Origin: Convolutriloba macropyga
Lineage: Eukaryota
Direction of reading: 5' to 3'
DNA length: 64,000 nt
NCBI RefSeq assembly: GCF_964194025.1
Contig: NC_134477.1
Location: 26,970,001-27,034,000 of the forward strand
Shown here piece by piece: positions 11,901 through 26,280 of the stretch. Under the pieces are notes generated by a model. The model was given only the letters and a program-made list of their open reading frames with translations. It had not been told where the DNA came from and made no database searches. How positions within the stretch are numbered: position 1 is the first letter of the stretch; the number at the start of each line of letters is the position of its first letter. The position numbers and the translations under genes are program-made.

Positions 11901-14900
11901 TCACACACGCAATTCAGTTGAAAATGTATGAACAAATGAAAACAAAGCAGATTTGAAGTGGTGACTGTGACGTCAAATGGTCGTAACAGAAATCCTGTTG
12001 ACGAAATAAAAAACATAGCCGGACAAGTCCTGACATACAATTCAACGAGTTTTCAATGAATAAAGAAAGAATACTAGACCTAAAATGGACAAAGATTAGA
12101 TAAGGAAAATCACTTAGCAAAAAATCAGATAAAAAATAAAAAAAACCAGTAAAAAATCAATGTCAAAATGCCGCATATAAACAAAAAACCACTAGCAAGA
12201 AAGCAAACTTTTGTTCAAACATCATTTTCTCGCTCAACTTTAAAGTTAGGGCGAGAGAAATTCACGCCACAAAATCCACCTGTTTCGGCGCGACCAAAAC
12301 CATCACTCCTGTTTGACTTCAAAACTCATGAAAATATGTGAACGGATCTTAAAACATAGGAAGAGTTCCGGATAGGACTCGAAGATGTCCTTGGCAAAAA
12401 GCAAGCTGCCGAATAAGTGGTTTCTGATGGCACGTGAACAAAAAATTTGCCCACTTAGCGAAAATTTTTTCACACCTACATTTCTTGGTCTGTTTTAAAA
12501 GAAGGCATGAACAAAAAAATCACTCTCTTTTCTCCGCTCTTCAAAATTGTTCACTATGAATCATTATTTTCAAACTTTATTCATTCCCGGAATTTTTGGT
12601 TTTCTTTCTCGCTCACTTATAAAAAACAGAAAGCCTGAAAACCTTTTCGAATCTTAAAAAATGACAGCCCTCCGATACAATTCAGTTTCTTTGAATTGTA
12701 AAAAGCCAAGAGAAGGCCAATAATAGCTTTCGCTTAGCGGCTAAAAAAAGGCAACGTGTCTGAGACAAAAATACAAAGGAAGAATTGAGCCTATATGATC
12801 TTTTAAAGGTTCCCCGTACGTGGAGAAAGTTTTGTAAAGAATTTGAGTTCTTGCTTTCAAAATCACTTTTATCAAACTTTGGTTGCTCTGCTTAAATTGC
12901 TCTGCTTAAATACGTTAATATTTTGCTAAAATTTGTCTGATTTAAGCATTGTTCAAACAGTACTTGCGTAATGTGCATATAGACAAGACTATTCTGGGAA
13001 GAATAATTGATTGAATAGAGAAAAAAGGAACATCAAAAATTGGTGCATGGGATCCACCACTATTGATTGCTCAAAAATCTGTCTAATAATGTCTGAATAG
13101 TTTAGAGCTTTAAAATTTCAGTTTGTTGATTATGATGCCAGACAGCTGAGAAAATGGTAGTCAAAACCAGTTAGGGAGTTCAGCAGTAGAACAATGTTAA
13201 AGTTATCTATGTCATGTGGTTTGGCAGTATCCAAAAAAAACATTTGCCGGCGTTGAATTGCAACTATCATAAAAGTTGCGTGGTTTTATAAAACCAGATA
13301 TAGAAACATCACTCATTTGAAAAAAGCATCGACCGGGAATTGCTTTTAGCATGTGGAAAAAAGGTCAGGCAACAAAAAAAACACAAAGTTTATCTCAAGT
13401 TTTCGGCAAAACCTATCCATGTTTTGTGAATAATTTTTTTTTCCTAGATTGTATGGGTATTTACGAAGAATACTTGGTGTAAGTTCTTGGAATAATGCTT
13501 CAAGTTTTGCAAGTTCTATCATAATGGTGCTTGTCTGACCAAAATGTAGCAAGTTTCATTGGAATGTCAGTGACTAACTCTCTATTAAAAATTTTAAAAG
13601 TTTGCGCGAGCTAAAAGGCTTAAAAGAAGCAAAAGTTACTCACTTTTTCACAAGAAGTAAATTTGCCATTCAAAAGCCGAACTCCCATAAAAATAAGCGT
13701 CATTTGGCCGTTAATCCATGCGCTAAAATATATCTAATGGCTAGAAACACAATTAACAACATGAGCTAGTAAGCAACTCCAAATAAGAACAGACCATAAA
13801 TTCTGACTCTTCTTTTTAACTATTGTATCAAACAACTTTAATTATATCTCAAATCACAATCCAACCGCGATGTCATTAATCTTTGAGCCATACGTGTTTA
13901 AAGGTGCTAAAAACTGCTATAATGAGTAAAGTCAAAGTAGAACATGTAATAAAAAGAATAAAAATGTTATAACCATAAAACGTAAATGGTGAAAATATAG
14001 TGTGGTAGTGAAAAACGAAACTAGTAACGTAATACGCAGACAATTAACAAACTGTCTTTTCCTGTTTAAAGAAAAACTACACTAATAATGTTGTACAAAC
14101 CACAATTTTATAGCTCAAGAGAGGAAAACTTTTTTGTACCTTTAGCTTGAGCAAGTTTATAAAAGCCATGTAGTCTTTATCATTTTGTACACAAATTATG
14201 CTTTATATCCGGCACGCATACTGGTCTGCAAAGCGAACAATAAAAAACGACTATCTTTTCAAAAACTTTGTTTCTTCATTATCTATTTACATCGCAATAG
14301 ACTGATACTGACCAAACAAACTGAAAAAAAAAATGCGCAGATAAAAATTCAAGGCGAATTTAAAACTTTGAACAAAAATTGTGAAATCAGAAGCTTTCTT
14401 AATTTCTAAAGTTTACTGGGGTATTTGTGTTCTTCTTTCCGAGAATTAGCGGTTCATTCGGCTGTTCGAACCTCAATTACGTAATATACGTCAAGTTAAG
14501 GCAATGGCAATCAAAAACGGAAAATGAAAAAGACTTTTTTCTGTCTTTTTTAGTCTAGTTTTCCGTTTTCCCGTTGTCCATATAATGAGATTGAAGCGGG
14601 GTTTAGTGTAAAAAGGTGCTAAGCAAGGGAGGATTTGTGTAGGGGCCTTTTAGACTTCAATTTTGTAAATGAAATTGAAGGATTAAATCCTTTTTGTATT
14701 AAAGGGTCACTCGTTTCCTGTTTTATGTTAGACTTCTTATTTTAACAACATCATTTAGTCAAAAATTAAGTTTTCAACTAACATTACAAAACAGTGAAAA
14801 ATAATAATAGTAACTAAATAATCAGTAAATTTAGTCTGTGTTACAAGCAACTTGAACAAATAATATCGCCGGATATAAATTACAGTTTAACTTAGAAAAA

Positions 14901-16341
14901 GCACTTAGTTTATAACCGTTTGGTTTAAAACGATAATATTCAAAACCATTTGTACTACATTAAGTTCACTACGGTTAAAAATACCAAACTGAGAGCCGAG
15001 CTGATGTCGTGGAGGTACGAGTTGTATAATACAGACAAAAATATTATGACCAAATGTTCCAGACAATTTTTTTTAGCATGTTGCGAAAACGTGCAGGCTT
15101 GTTCAAAATAAATTTAACTATAGTCTGATTTGACTGGGCTGGCAGTTCAAATTTTGACGACCTGTTCAAAAGCCCAAACACTCCAAAATCGGGCCTATGG
15201 ATGAAAAAACCAGATAGCCCAATATTGGGCCATTATCGTTAAAAAAGCTAGACTGTTCATGTTTGCGCATTTCAAAAGCACCGAAAATTCCAACCTATGC
15301 GAGCAGGATTACTCCAGAAGATATCATTATGCGAGCAGGATTTGACTCGCCAGAATTGTTTTCTTTTTTCCCACGGTATATAGCTGATTTTGTTGGTTTT
15401 TTGTTATGGTATTAGTGATTTGTAATGATTACTCGCACCTTTTAACAGGCTAATAACAAAAAATAATGATAAAAATGATAAATTGTTGATTTTCTTTTTC
15501 AAAGTACGTAAAACGTTTTTATTGGGTTTAGAAGTGTGTACAATAAAACCAAAACAGAAAAAGAGTAAATATTTACGTTTGTTGCATCTCTTTTCCAATG
15601 CCATTTTTGAGAATAAACGAAACATTAAGCACTATTTGTTTTAAAGACTGGAGATTGCTTCTCATATATAACTTTTCGTAATTAAAAAGCTTTTTGTTGT
15701 AGATTTTTTTCAGGGGTTAAGATTTCTGATCTTTAGTAAAATATTCTTAACAAATCTTGATTGCCAACATTATCAATCTCCAAGAAGTTGAAGCACAAGC
15801 CATTCTTCTAGCTTATGATCAAACTTTTATTCATAAAGACAGATAAAGCTACAAAAAACCAGAACAAAAATTGACGTTTTTTGATCTTAAACTCAAACTG
15901 AATTTCCTAATTAGCAAATTAAGACAACAAAAAATTGTTTACGCTGAAAACCAATTTAATTTAATTTACTTCAATCCTGTTAATGGAAAGGCAACTCTTT
16001 TGACGGTAAAAATAGTCCCATCCAATAATTTTAAATTAAAAATAATTAATGTTTTCATGCCAATGAAGCTGTCGTGCTAGAAAGAATAAACATTTTCATC
16101 TTAAAATGATAACGAAACTTAATTTTCTTTTTAAAAAATAAATGAATCCAATTCAGTGTTTGATTTCAAGATCACCCAAATATGTCTGAACACAATCATT
16201 TTATGTAAGCGAAATTTCGGTATTGGACAATGGGTTGAACACAAGCCGTGAAACAATTCATCGCAGAAATTTTTATAAGAGTATATCTTGGCGAGCAAAA
16301 CCCTCAACCGAAGTTTAATAATTTTTGCTCAATATCTTAGC

Positions 16342-16497
16342 NNNNNNNNNNNNNNNNNNNNNNNNNNNNNNNNNNNNNNNNNNNNNNNNNNNNNNNNNNN
16401 NNNNNNNNNNNNNNNNNNNNNNNNNNNNNNNNNNNNNNNNNNNNNNNNNNNNNNNNNNNNNNNNNNNNNNNNNNNNNNNNNNNNNNNNNNNNNNNNN
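16342..16497. other. Assembly gap (156 N)
   Basis: Run of N characters. Confidence 0.99.
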
Positions 16498-17214
16498 TTG
16501 TGTACATGTCATTTTGTCTATCGTCGATTTAGATATCGCTTTAACTCTCTCATTCGATTTGTCTTTTTCATTTTCTATGCTAATCTTTTCTAAGCTATTC
16601 TTTTTAAACATGTTATTAATTAGAAGAGCATCATGGGTTCCTCTGAAAACTAATATCATTTTAGGAGTTGTTGTGACTTAAACTGAATATTAGGCCATTT
16701 TTTAGTTCATCGTCATTTGATCTCGCAAGATTTTGGCACTTGGGATGTTACAAAGATGTGTCAAAAGTGACTGTAAATTTTTGCATGCAGAAAATCCATG
16801 ACTATTTCATAGCTGTTCAAGCAGTAAAATGTTGTGCAAAATTTAGACTCGAGCAATTCTAGTAAGCATTAAAAGGAGAGGTTTATCAAAAAAGATTCCT
16901 GTTATTTGCATACGTGCACTTTTTGTGGCTATTCAGTTCCAAATTCTAACAAATTTTTGTAAAATTGTCCATAGACAAAGAGCACAAAATTCAAAAGCAG
17001 TTCATTTGTAGCAACATATAACTCGCCATAAATATTTACAAACAAAATAATCGTATCTTGGCAATAATTCAGCCAGCTAGCCTCAAATTTCCCGCGATCG
17101 GTAAATAAACAACAAAAAAACTGCGCATTTTAATTTATTTAGAATAAATTTGAGTAATTCATTTCATCCGTTATCAAAGCTAAGCAAATTGTAATGTTTA
17201 TTTGTTTTTGTTGT

Positions 17215-18116
17215 CCCTAGTTGAGAAGACCGAACAAAAACGACACAAGAAATGTTCGGTATGTTCGGTTTTCTACGTAAGAAATGGTCGGCGTGTTCGG
17301 TTTGTTCGGTATGATCGGTTTCAAATGAAAAAAATTGTCGGTATGTTTGGTCTAGAAGGTAAGAAAGCTTCGGTATGTTCGGTTTTGCGAGATTCGGTAT
17401 GTTCGGTTCGGAATGTAAGAAAGATTCGGTATGTTCGGTATTTAAACATAAGAAATCGTCGTTATGTTCGGCTTTGGACACGAAAAATTGTCGGATTTTT
17501 CCATTGGGAAAATTGATATTTCTGTTTATAATGTAGTCAAACGTTACGATAGCGTTCTTTTTGCAGGAATTTCAAACGTACGTTTCAAAGAAAAAGTCTG
17601 GAAAAGTGTGCAAAACTCCTGAAAATTTTTCTTTAGCTCGTTGGCCAAACTAGTTATGCAATTATAAAGTTCTTGATTATATTTGAATTTTAGAATGTAA
17701 CATACTTGTTGAAAATTGATGAAAATTTTGTTAAATAATTCACTCTCACTGGGATTGGACATACTTTCTTGTAGTTTACAAGTAAGTTCTTTGACGGTTG
17801 GTTACGTGTGAAAAAGAACGTGCCGACCGAAATTTCTTCCATGTTTATTCGTGGTAGGAAAACTCAAAATATGATAGTTCTTAATGTTTCTCTCAACGAT
17901 ACCGAATCTCTCTTACGTTAAAAAACGACGATACCGAATCTCTCTTACCTTTAAAAACGACAATACCGAATCTCTCTTACGTTAAAAAACGACGATACCG
18001 AATCTCTCTTACGTTAAAAAACGACAATACCGAACCTTTCTTATATTAAATACCGAACAAAAACGACAATACCAACAATTTCTTACGTTTAAAAACCAAA
18101 GATTTCTCAACTAGGG
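17215..18116. mobile_element. Non-autonomous foldback/MITE-like DNA transposon (CMC/EnSpm-like architecture)
   Basis: 13-bp TIRs CCCTAGTTGAGAA (17215-17227) / TTCTCAACTAGGG (18104-18116), 2-bp flanking duplication GT. Left arm is an array of TTCGGTATG motifs; right arm is a 32-bp ATACCGAA-containing array in the opposite orientation. Confidence 0.8.
17896..18060. repeat. 32-bp tandem subterminal repeat (~5 copies)
   Basis: ACGATACCGAATCTCTCTTACGTTAAAAAACG-like units start at 17896, 17928, 17960 and onward. Confidence 0.9.
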
Positions 18117-18681
18117 GTGCCATTTTGGTCGAAATTAAGTAAATGCAACCCTGCAACAATAGTAGGAAAGCAATCAGCATTGTTTTAATTCAATTTAAGC
18201 AATTTTTGATCTCAAAGAAAATTGATCGCTGAACAGTTTTCAAATTACGTGAACATATTTCTGTGAACAAAGCAAGAACAAAATTAAAAAGGCTACAGGC
18301 ATAATAAGGGCCAATAGGGAGAGGGGAGTAATTAAGGGGAGAAATGTGAGTGTTTGAAGTTAAGAAGCCTGAATGCAGTTAAAATGTCAGAAAGTAATGG
18401 CTCTTTTCCTTTCGTTTTTCCGGTGGTAAACAATTCGCGGTCTGTGCACTGTTAAATCAGGCCGAGCTTATCACAAAAACAAACAACCGCTGTTTTCAAC
18501 TGCACTGTGACCGATTATTCATTCAAATTGTACGCTTTTTGAAAATAATTTTGATAAAAATTTCCTTTTAATGAAACCCATTTTTGGGACCAAATTTGAG
18601 ACCAATATTAAAGCAGTGAGAATAAAGCTTTTGAAAAATAGGGTGCTTCTAAAAATTTAGAAGCACTCTATTACATGATAA

Positions 18682-21600
18682 ATGTATTTACATTATATAT
18701 TTACTTTAATACGCGTATTATACATTTTTGATATTCAAATAATGTAAATAAGAAATTACCTGTATATGAGGCCAAGTTAGCTTTACAATTCGTGCGACAC
18801 AATTTGGGCGATCCGTAATCGATTTAAAATAATTTATAGGGACTTTATAAAAGGAGCAAATACTTCAAAGAAAGCTGTCAAACTAGTCAAAGTCTGTTTA
18901 ACAGAAGGACGCAAAGATCCCTTGGTGTAATGATTGATAACAATAATAAGTAAAACTTAGCTGGATGGATCCAGAACTAGACCCGGCCGGTGAAAAATTT
19001 GAGTTATCATATCTTGGTTATTATTCTAATTTTCATTTCAAAAGGTTGATTTAGAATAACTGGTTGAGAGATTTCGGTGATGTATTATTCTTAGAAAAAG
19101 ATAAGAAATAAATTGTGTAGCTGAACTTCTTTTGCCGGAAGTAATGAGCAAGAAACTGAATATTTTTTAGAGCTGCCAAGATAAAACTCACTAGAGGGAA
19201 TTCTTAAAATTTTTTCTCAAAACTGAAAACAACGGAAGTTTTACATTTGCTGTTTTGTTGTTTTTAACCCTCGGAGGAGTGATAACCGATACGTGAACAG
19301 TGACCATAGCAACGCCATTGGTTACGTATACAGGATAAGAAAATACTTTTTTGCTTTGAGATAGGAATAAGAAAAAAAAACGAAAAAAAAAATCAAGAAA
19401 AAGTAAGAAAGAATAATAAAGAATGAGAAATTTGACAATTGAAGCCTCGCATACAACAAATCATGCCTGGCAACAAATCATGCCTGTCATTTAAATAAAT
19501 GACATTTTTGATGTCAACAAAGCTTCATGTTCCTCAAAACTTCTGCTTTGAGTCTTGCTTATTCTTGCTTGAAAATTCACAGGCCACTTAAAGAACTGTT
19601 CCATCAATAACCAATTGCTGTCTAAGATGCCTTTTTCCTAGCTGCAGCTGTTAATGCTGACTTAGATATGGCAGAAAAATGGAATAAAATTTTTCAATCC
19701 TGTTCAACCCTATTGTCTTAAATACTGCAAGTCATATTGATATCAATTCAAGTTTGCAGCCTGTGGGTACTCAATCAGTCTCTGTTATATCAGTTCGTGG
19801 GTGATCCACTACCATGCTGATTGCAAGAGGAGCGAGATAATAGTCACATATGAAACTCAAGTAAAGCTTATAATTTTTTCCCCACCCTTTAGAAGGGTAT
19901 TCTTAGTTAAAGAACGTGTCACCCAAAGAGCGAGGATAACTAATATCAATGAGTTTTTGATCAAAGGTTCTGCTGGCTATTTTGATGCCTCATAACGAAA
20001 TAAAGATGAAAACTTTAGTAAGTGACCTAAAGTGACCTATCAGCAGACCATCCCGGACCAAATCAACTGATGCTTAGCCCGCAATGTGCGTTTATTAATT
20101 AACCGGACGAGGGAATTTGAAAATTTACCGAATTGCTTATTATTGTTCATTGCAAGAAATGAGTTCTAATAACCAGAGTTGAAACTTTTTTTCATTGCTT
20201 TGTTAGTTTTAGGTCCCTCGAAGTGAATTCTCATCAAATGTTGTGCAAGCAATGGTTTCCATATTTGAACGTTTGTGCTTTCAGTTTTGTCTCAATCTAC
20301 CTGTACACTATTATTTTACGTTTGCAACAACTTATAATCAGACAAACGCATGTTCAAAAATTGAAAAAATGACCTATAAGGTTTCATACAGCATTTATCA
20401 GTTTTTCAGTTGTTTTTATGACAAATGAGACTTTGCAAATGTGAGCACATACTTTTTCTGTTCAAATTAGCCTCTGCAGATTTGCTTGTAAATATAACGT
20501 TTGGTTATGGGGATGGTTATCTGGTAGATTTCAATCAGGATCTTATAAAAAGGTGCATCGTCTTAAGCAATTATCTTTCAAAATCATACAAGATAAGCAA
20601 TTGTTGTGCAAGATTTTTACAATATAAGCATTTGTCATGCACATTTCTTGCAAGATTAACATTTGTCTTACAATGGTTTTGCATAGCAACGATTCATCTT
20701 GCAGATGTGAATAGTGCAAAAACAAATTTGGAGATCATCGACATATGAGGAAGAAGAATACTGTTATTTTTTTCAATGGTATTTAACTTGAAAGTCAAAA
20801 AATTAATTTAAAGAAAAAGACTTTAATACCTACTAATGATTGAAAAACAAAAACGGATATAGGTGTTCTTGGTTGTGTTTCGCCAGATGTATTTACATTA
20901 TATATTTACTTTAATACGCATATTATACTTTTGATATTCAAATAATGTAAATATGAAATTACCTGTATGTGAGGCCAAGTTTGATTTACAATTCGTGCGA
21001 CATAATTTGGGGGATCCGTAATCGATTTAAAATAATTTATAGGGACTTTAAAAAAGGAGCAAATACTTCAAAGAAAGCTGTCAAACTAGTCAAAGTCTGT
21101 TTAACAGAAGGACGCAAAGATCCCTTGGTGTAATGATTGATAACAATAATAAGTAAAACTTAGCTGGATGGATCCAGAACTGGACCGGGCCGGTGAAAAA
21201 TTTGTGTTATCATATCTTGATTATTATTTAAATTTTCATTCCAAAAGGTTGATTTAGATTAACTGGTTGAGAGATTTCGGTGATGTTTTATTCTTAGAAA
21301 AAGATAAGAAATAAATTGTGTAGCTGAACTTCTTTTGTCGGAAGTAATGAGTAAGAAACTGAATATTTTTTAGGGCTGCCAAGCTAAATGATTTTTTAAA
21401 ACTCACTAGAGGGAATTCTTAAATTTTTTTCTCAAAGCTGAAAACAACGGAAGTTTTACATTTGCTGTTTTGTTGTTTTTTAACCCTCGGAGGAGTGATA
21501 ACCGATACGTGCACAGTGATCATAGCAAAGCCATTGGTTACGTATTCAGGATAAGAAAATAGTTTTTTGTTTTGAGATAGAAATAAGAAAAAAAAACGAA

Positions 21601-23070
21601 AAAAAATCACAAAAAAGAAAGAAAGAATAATAAAGAATCAGAAAATTGACAATTGAAGCCTCGCATACAACAAATCATGTCTGGCAACAAATCATGCCTG
21701 TCATTTAAATAAATGACATTTTTGATGTCAACAAAGCTTCATGTTCCTCAAAACTTCTGCTTTGAGTCTTACTTATTCTTGCTTGAAAATTTACAGGCCC
21801 CTGTAAAGATGCCTTTTTCCTAGCTGCAGCTGTTAATGCTGAATTAGATATGGCAGAAAAATGGAATAAAATTTTTCAATCCTGTTCAACCCTATTGTCT
21901 TAAATACTGCAAGTCATATTGATATCAATTCAAGTTTGCAGCCTGTGGGTACTCAATCAGTCTCTGTTATATCAGTTCGTGTGTGATCCACTACCATGCT
22001 GATTGCAAGAGGAGCGAGATAATAGTCACATATGAAACTCAAGTAAAGCTTATAATTTTTTCCCCACCCTTTAGAAGGGTATTCTTAGTTAAAGAACGTG
22101 TCACCCAAAGAGCGAGGATAACTAATATCAATGAGTTTTTGATCAAAGGTTCTGCTGGCTATTTTGATGCCTCATAACGAAATAAAGATGAAAACTTTAG
22201 TAAGTGACCTAAAGTGACCTATCAGCAGACCATCCCGGACCAAATCAACTGACGCTTAGCCCGCAATGTGCGTTTATTAATTAACCGGACGAGGGAATTT
22301 GAAAATTTACCGAATTGCTTATTATTGTTCATTGCAAGAAATGGGTTCTAATAACCAGAGTTGAAACTTTTTTTCATTGCTTTGTTAGTTTTAGGTCCCT
22401 CGAAGTGAATTCTCATCAAATGTTGTGCAAGCAATGGTTTCCATATTTGAACGTTTGTGCTTTCAGTTTTGTCTCAATCTACCTGTACACTATTATTTTA
22501 CGTTTGCAACAACTTATAATCAGACAAACGCATGTTCAAAAATTGAAAAAATGACCTATAAGGTTTCATACAGCATTTATCAGTTTTTCAGTTGTTTTTA
22601 TGACAAATGAGACTTTGCAAATGTGAGCACATACTTTTTCTGTTCAAATTAGCCTCTGCAGATTTGCTTGTAAATATAACGTTTGGTTATGGGGATGGTT
22701 ATCTGGTAGATTTCAATCAGGATCTTATAAAAAGGTGCATCGTCTTAAGCAATTATCTTTCAAAATCATACAAGATAAGCAATTGTTGTGCAAGATTTTT
22801 ACAATATAAGCATTTGTCATGCACATTTCTTGCAAGATTAACATTTGTCTTACAATGGTTTTGCATAGCAACGATTCATCTTGCAGATGTGAATAGTGCA
22901 AAAACAAATTTGGAGATCATCGACATATGAGGAAGAAGAATACTGTTATTTTTTTCAATGGTATTTAACTTGAAAGTCAAAAAATTAATTTAAAGAAAAA
23001 GACTTTAATACCTACTAATGATTGAAAAATAAAAACGGATATAGGGGTTCTTGGTTGTGTTTCGCCAGAT
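18682..23070 (+). repeat. ~2.2-kb tandem duplication (18682-20888 / 20887-23070)
   Basis: Both copies begin ATGTATTTACATTATATATT and end GTGTTTCGCCAGAT, with a 2-bp AT overlap at the junction. Identical ORF translations are offset by 2182 bp. Confidence 0.95.
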
Positions 23071-26000
23071 TGAATGAAATCAGAACACATGCAATTAATA
23101 ACAATTAATTCAACAACTTGTTATCCAATATAGAATCATAAAAAAGGAGAAAAAATATATTGATGATGATTTCATGATTTTGGTCGGAAGTCGCAATTTT
23201 TGATATTAACCGAAGTCAAATTTAACCATTGTGTAGTCAAAAATTACAGTTGCTACATTGAAAACTATTCCAAAATCAGTACAATCATAACAAAATTACA
23301 CAAATTCTCCAAAATTTTCTCCAGTTTTCAATGCTTTAAATGAAAAATAATGCGTACAAACCAACAATTGAGAGTTTAGCTCAACCGAACCAAATTGCAA
23401 GAATCGTACAAGAAAGCCATTCATCTTGCAAGATCTTACAAGATAACAATCTTTTACGCTCTTTTTAACAAAGTTTATAGGATAAAAATCTTGTACAGTA
23501 TTCTTGAAACTGATTAAGATGGCCATTTTCTCTTGCCCAGGGAACAAAAACACATGACTCAAGAAACTTAAGTAAAACTCATAAATTGATCAACAACTCT
23601 TGAATATATTTCTGTCCATCCAGATAACTTTTCATGATATTTTTGGCAATATGCTAATACACCAGTTTGAGGATTAGGACTAAAAATTGACGTGGTTGTC
23701 GACAACAATTTGAAAACATAACAAAAAAGCGATAAATAAAGAATTTGTTTAAAACTCTATATTGCTAAAAATACGGCGTAATGGCGTAGAGTCCACTTTG
23801 TATGCATCAAAGAATACAAATCAAACAAATCATAAATGATCAATATAACAGCGTTTTTTCTAAGAAACTGGTTCCTGTCAGTACATCAAACTTTGTCTCC
23901 GCGTACACTTTTATCCATGCTAAGTTGAAAATCTCAACGATAAGATTTTGAAATTCATACAAAGCAGTTATTAGAATTTAAAACTTGATTGCTTTTACTT
24001 ATAGGACAAATTTTAGTTTCAGAAACACAAAAACCAGAAGTGGATATTGATCGTCTGTAAAATGCAAACCGAGACAATAGAAACAAAAATGCCAAATTTT
24101 CAAAAAAAAAAAAAACAATTTTAATCTGTGACACTGAAGCAATAATATGCATCGTTTGAAATTGTTTTTTGCCTGAAACTAAGCCATGTACGCGAGACTT
24201 TGTCATGTTCTATTTTTTTCCGTGAAAAAGGATTACAACATTAAAGGATAATATTTCGATCAAACTTAATATAAAACAAATATAGTGTTACAGGTAAACC
24301 AAAGATCAGAAAATACGACATGAATTTGCTGTTAAATTTGATGATCTAGCTATAAATTTGTTGTTCTTTGGGTGCTTCAATGTGTATTTTTGATTTCTTC
24401 GTCTGATATGCACAATTATTTGTGGCGGAAGCTATTTATAACGATGAAGATTTCTTCTTTAACAATAGCATTCAAAAACAGAGTTTGATAAAAACTATTT
24501 GGATTTCTTTAAAAGTTTTTCATCTAAGATTGTCAGCTTTGGTGTTTATGAATTTCTTTTATTTGAAACGATATGCAAATCTGTTTAAGTTTAACTTAAG
24601 TTTAAAAAATCACATCATGTAATCAAGTCAAATTTAATTTGGGTACCTACCAGCTTTATTGAGTTTGAAGTGCAATGCATTTGTTTTAAAAAATCTATTG
24701 GCGTGTCAATCAATCCATTTGCTGCAAACTGAATTTCTCAAAAAAGATCTGGTAATTTTGTTTTCTCAAATTTTTTTAGGCTTTCAAAATTTCCTCTTCT
24801 TTGGACTGGAAAATTCTAGAGGAAGTCACCTAAGTCATGATTGTTTGTGCGCCTTCAAAAAGATGTAAACCAAATCGGAAATACTCTACAACATCCGTTT
24901 TCCAATTAGCAAATAACAACAAAAAAAACAATTATCAAATAACAACAAAACGTCTTTCGTTCATTGTCCGTTTGTCGACCAATCCAATGCGACTGCAAAT
25001 GGCAAATTACTAAACGTTGAAACAGCACAGTTAAAACGTTACAAATGATATACTACAGTTTTCAGGTTTCGCTAGATATTTATAGGTAAACCTTTGATAC
25101 TTCGGTATTTTGGTCAAACTTAAGAAGACATCTAGTGGCCTTGGACAGTAAACAGAGCTCTTGTAAGGATATTAAAAAAATGGATTGATATGTTGCACCC
25201 TCTAATATAATTTGTGTACCTCCGGTTTATTTATTGGGTTCAAAAATTGTTTAAAAAATGTATGGCGCGGATTATAGCTCGCCTATGACGAGATGTTTAG
25301 CTCGTCTGTGAAGCAGAACGTGGCTCGCCTATATTCCAGAATGGGTGCTTCTATAGGGCTGACTTTGGCTCGACCTAAAGTGCGTTAATGTTGCTCGACA
25401 TTAAGTACCTGATGGTTTTATTCTGCTCGTCAATAACAAATTCTCCTCGTCTGTGAATATTTTGAATATTTTGAACGCACCGTACCCCATGTGTTCGTTC
25501 AAAATTGATCTGCAATCATAAACGAGGAGAAGCTAAATCCTCGTATTGGGTAATGACGATCTAAGAGCATAAAATTTAAAAAAGAACATTCACATTGTTA
25601 CAGAGCTTAAATCTTAAATTTCAGATGTTAATTGTTTTCTGAAAAATTAGGTTTCAAAGAACATCAGAAAACGTTGATTTCGCGGAATGCACAATATGAC
25701 TAAAGCCTTTTTTACATAATCAAAAATGAACACTTTTATCAAGTTTTTTTTAACCGCAAAACTGAAGCTTATCCAAAACATCTAACTCCCTATATCATAC
25801 ATAATTGAGGTTATTTTGTAACAAGCAGAAATAGTTAAGTTGCCACATCGTAACGACAAATGACGAAGTTAAAATTAACTAAAATGATAAAATATGAAGA
25901 CTAGAATTGAGAGCTACTTATGCTTCATTGCAATTAAATAATGCGTGTAAATAAATGTCGACTGGTAACAGATTGTTTGCCTTTGTCTTGGTAATTTAGG

Positions 26001-26280
26001 TTTTTAATCCTGAAGTCTGTCAATCGAAGTCAGCCAATTGAGAAAAAAGAGAAAACTGTTAAACTGGGACAAAATAAGGGTGACAGAACCTATTAATATT
26101 AACGGAGCTATAACGCTGACCAATTTCAAAAGCATGTAAAAACATATATGACGCAAAACACGAAAAAATAGATTAATTACTTGAGAGTAAATCTATTTCT
26201 TTTGCGATAAATTAATTAAATATGTACCAAAATATTGCCTAATAACATTTAACTTGCGAGATGTTATCAAAAAATAAACG

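Noticed and set aside
16288-16681. ORFs spanning the N gap
   Set aside because: They are open only because of N bases.
17896-18060. CRISPR-like 32-bp repeats
   Set aside because: Units are contiguous with no unique spacers, lie within TIRs, and there are no cas genes; the context is eukaryotic.
19801-22930. Duplicated short ORFs (60-107 aa) as tandem genes
   Set aside because: Identity simply reflects the duplication; there are no recognisable domains and part overlaps CTTGCAAG-type repeat sequence.
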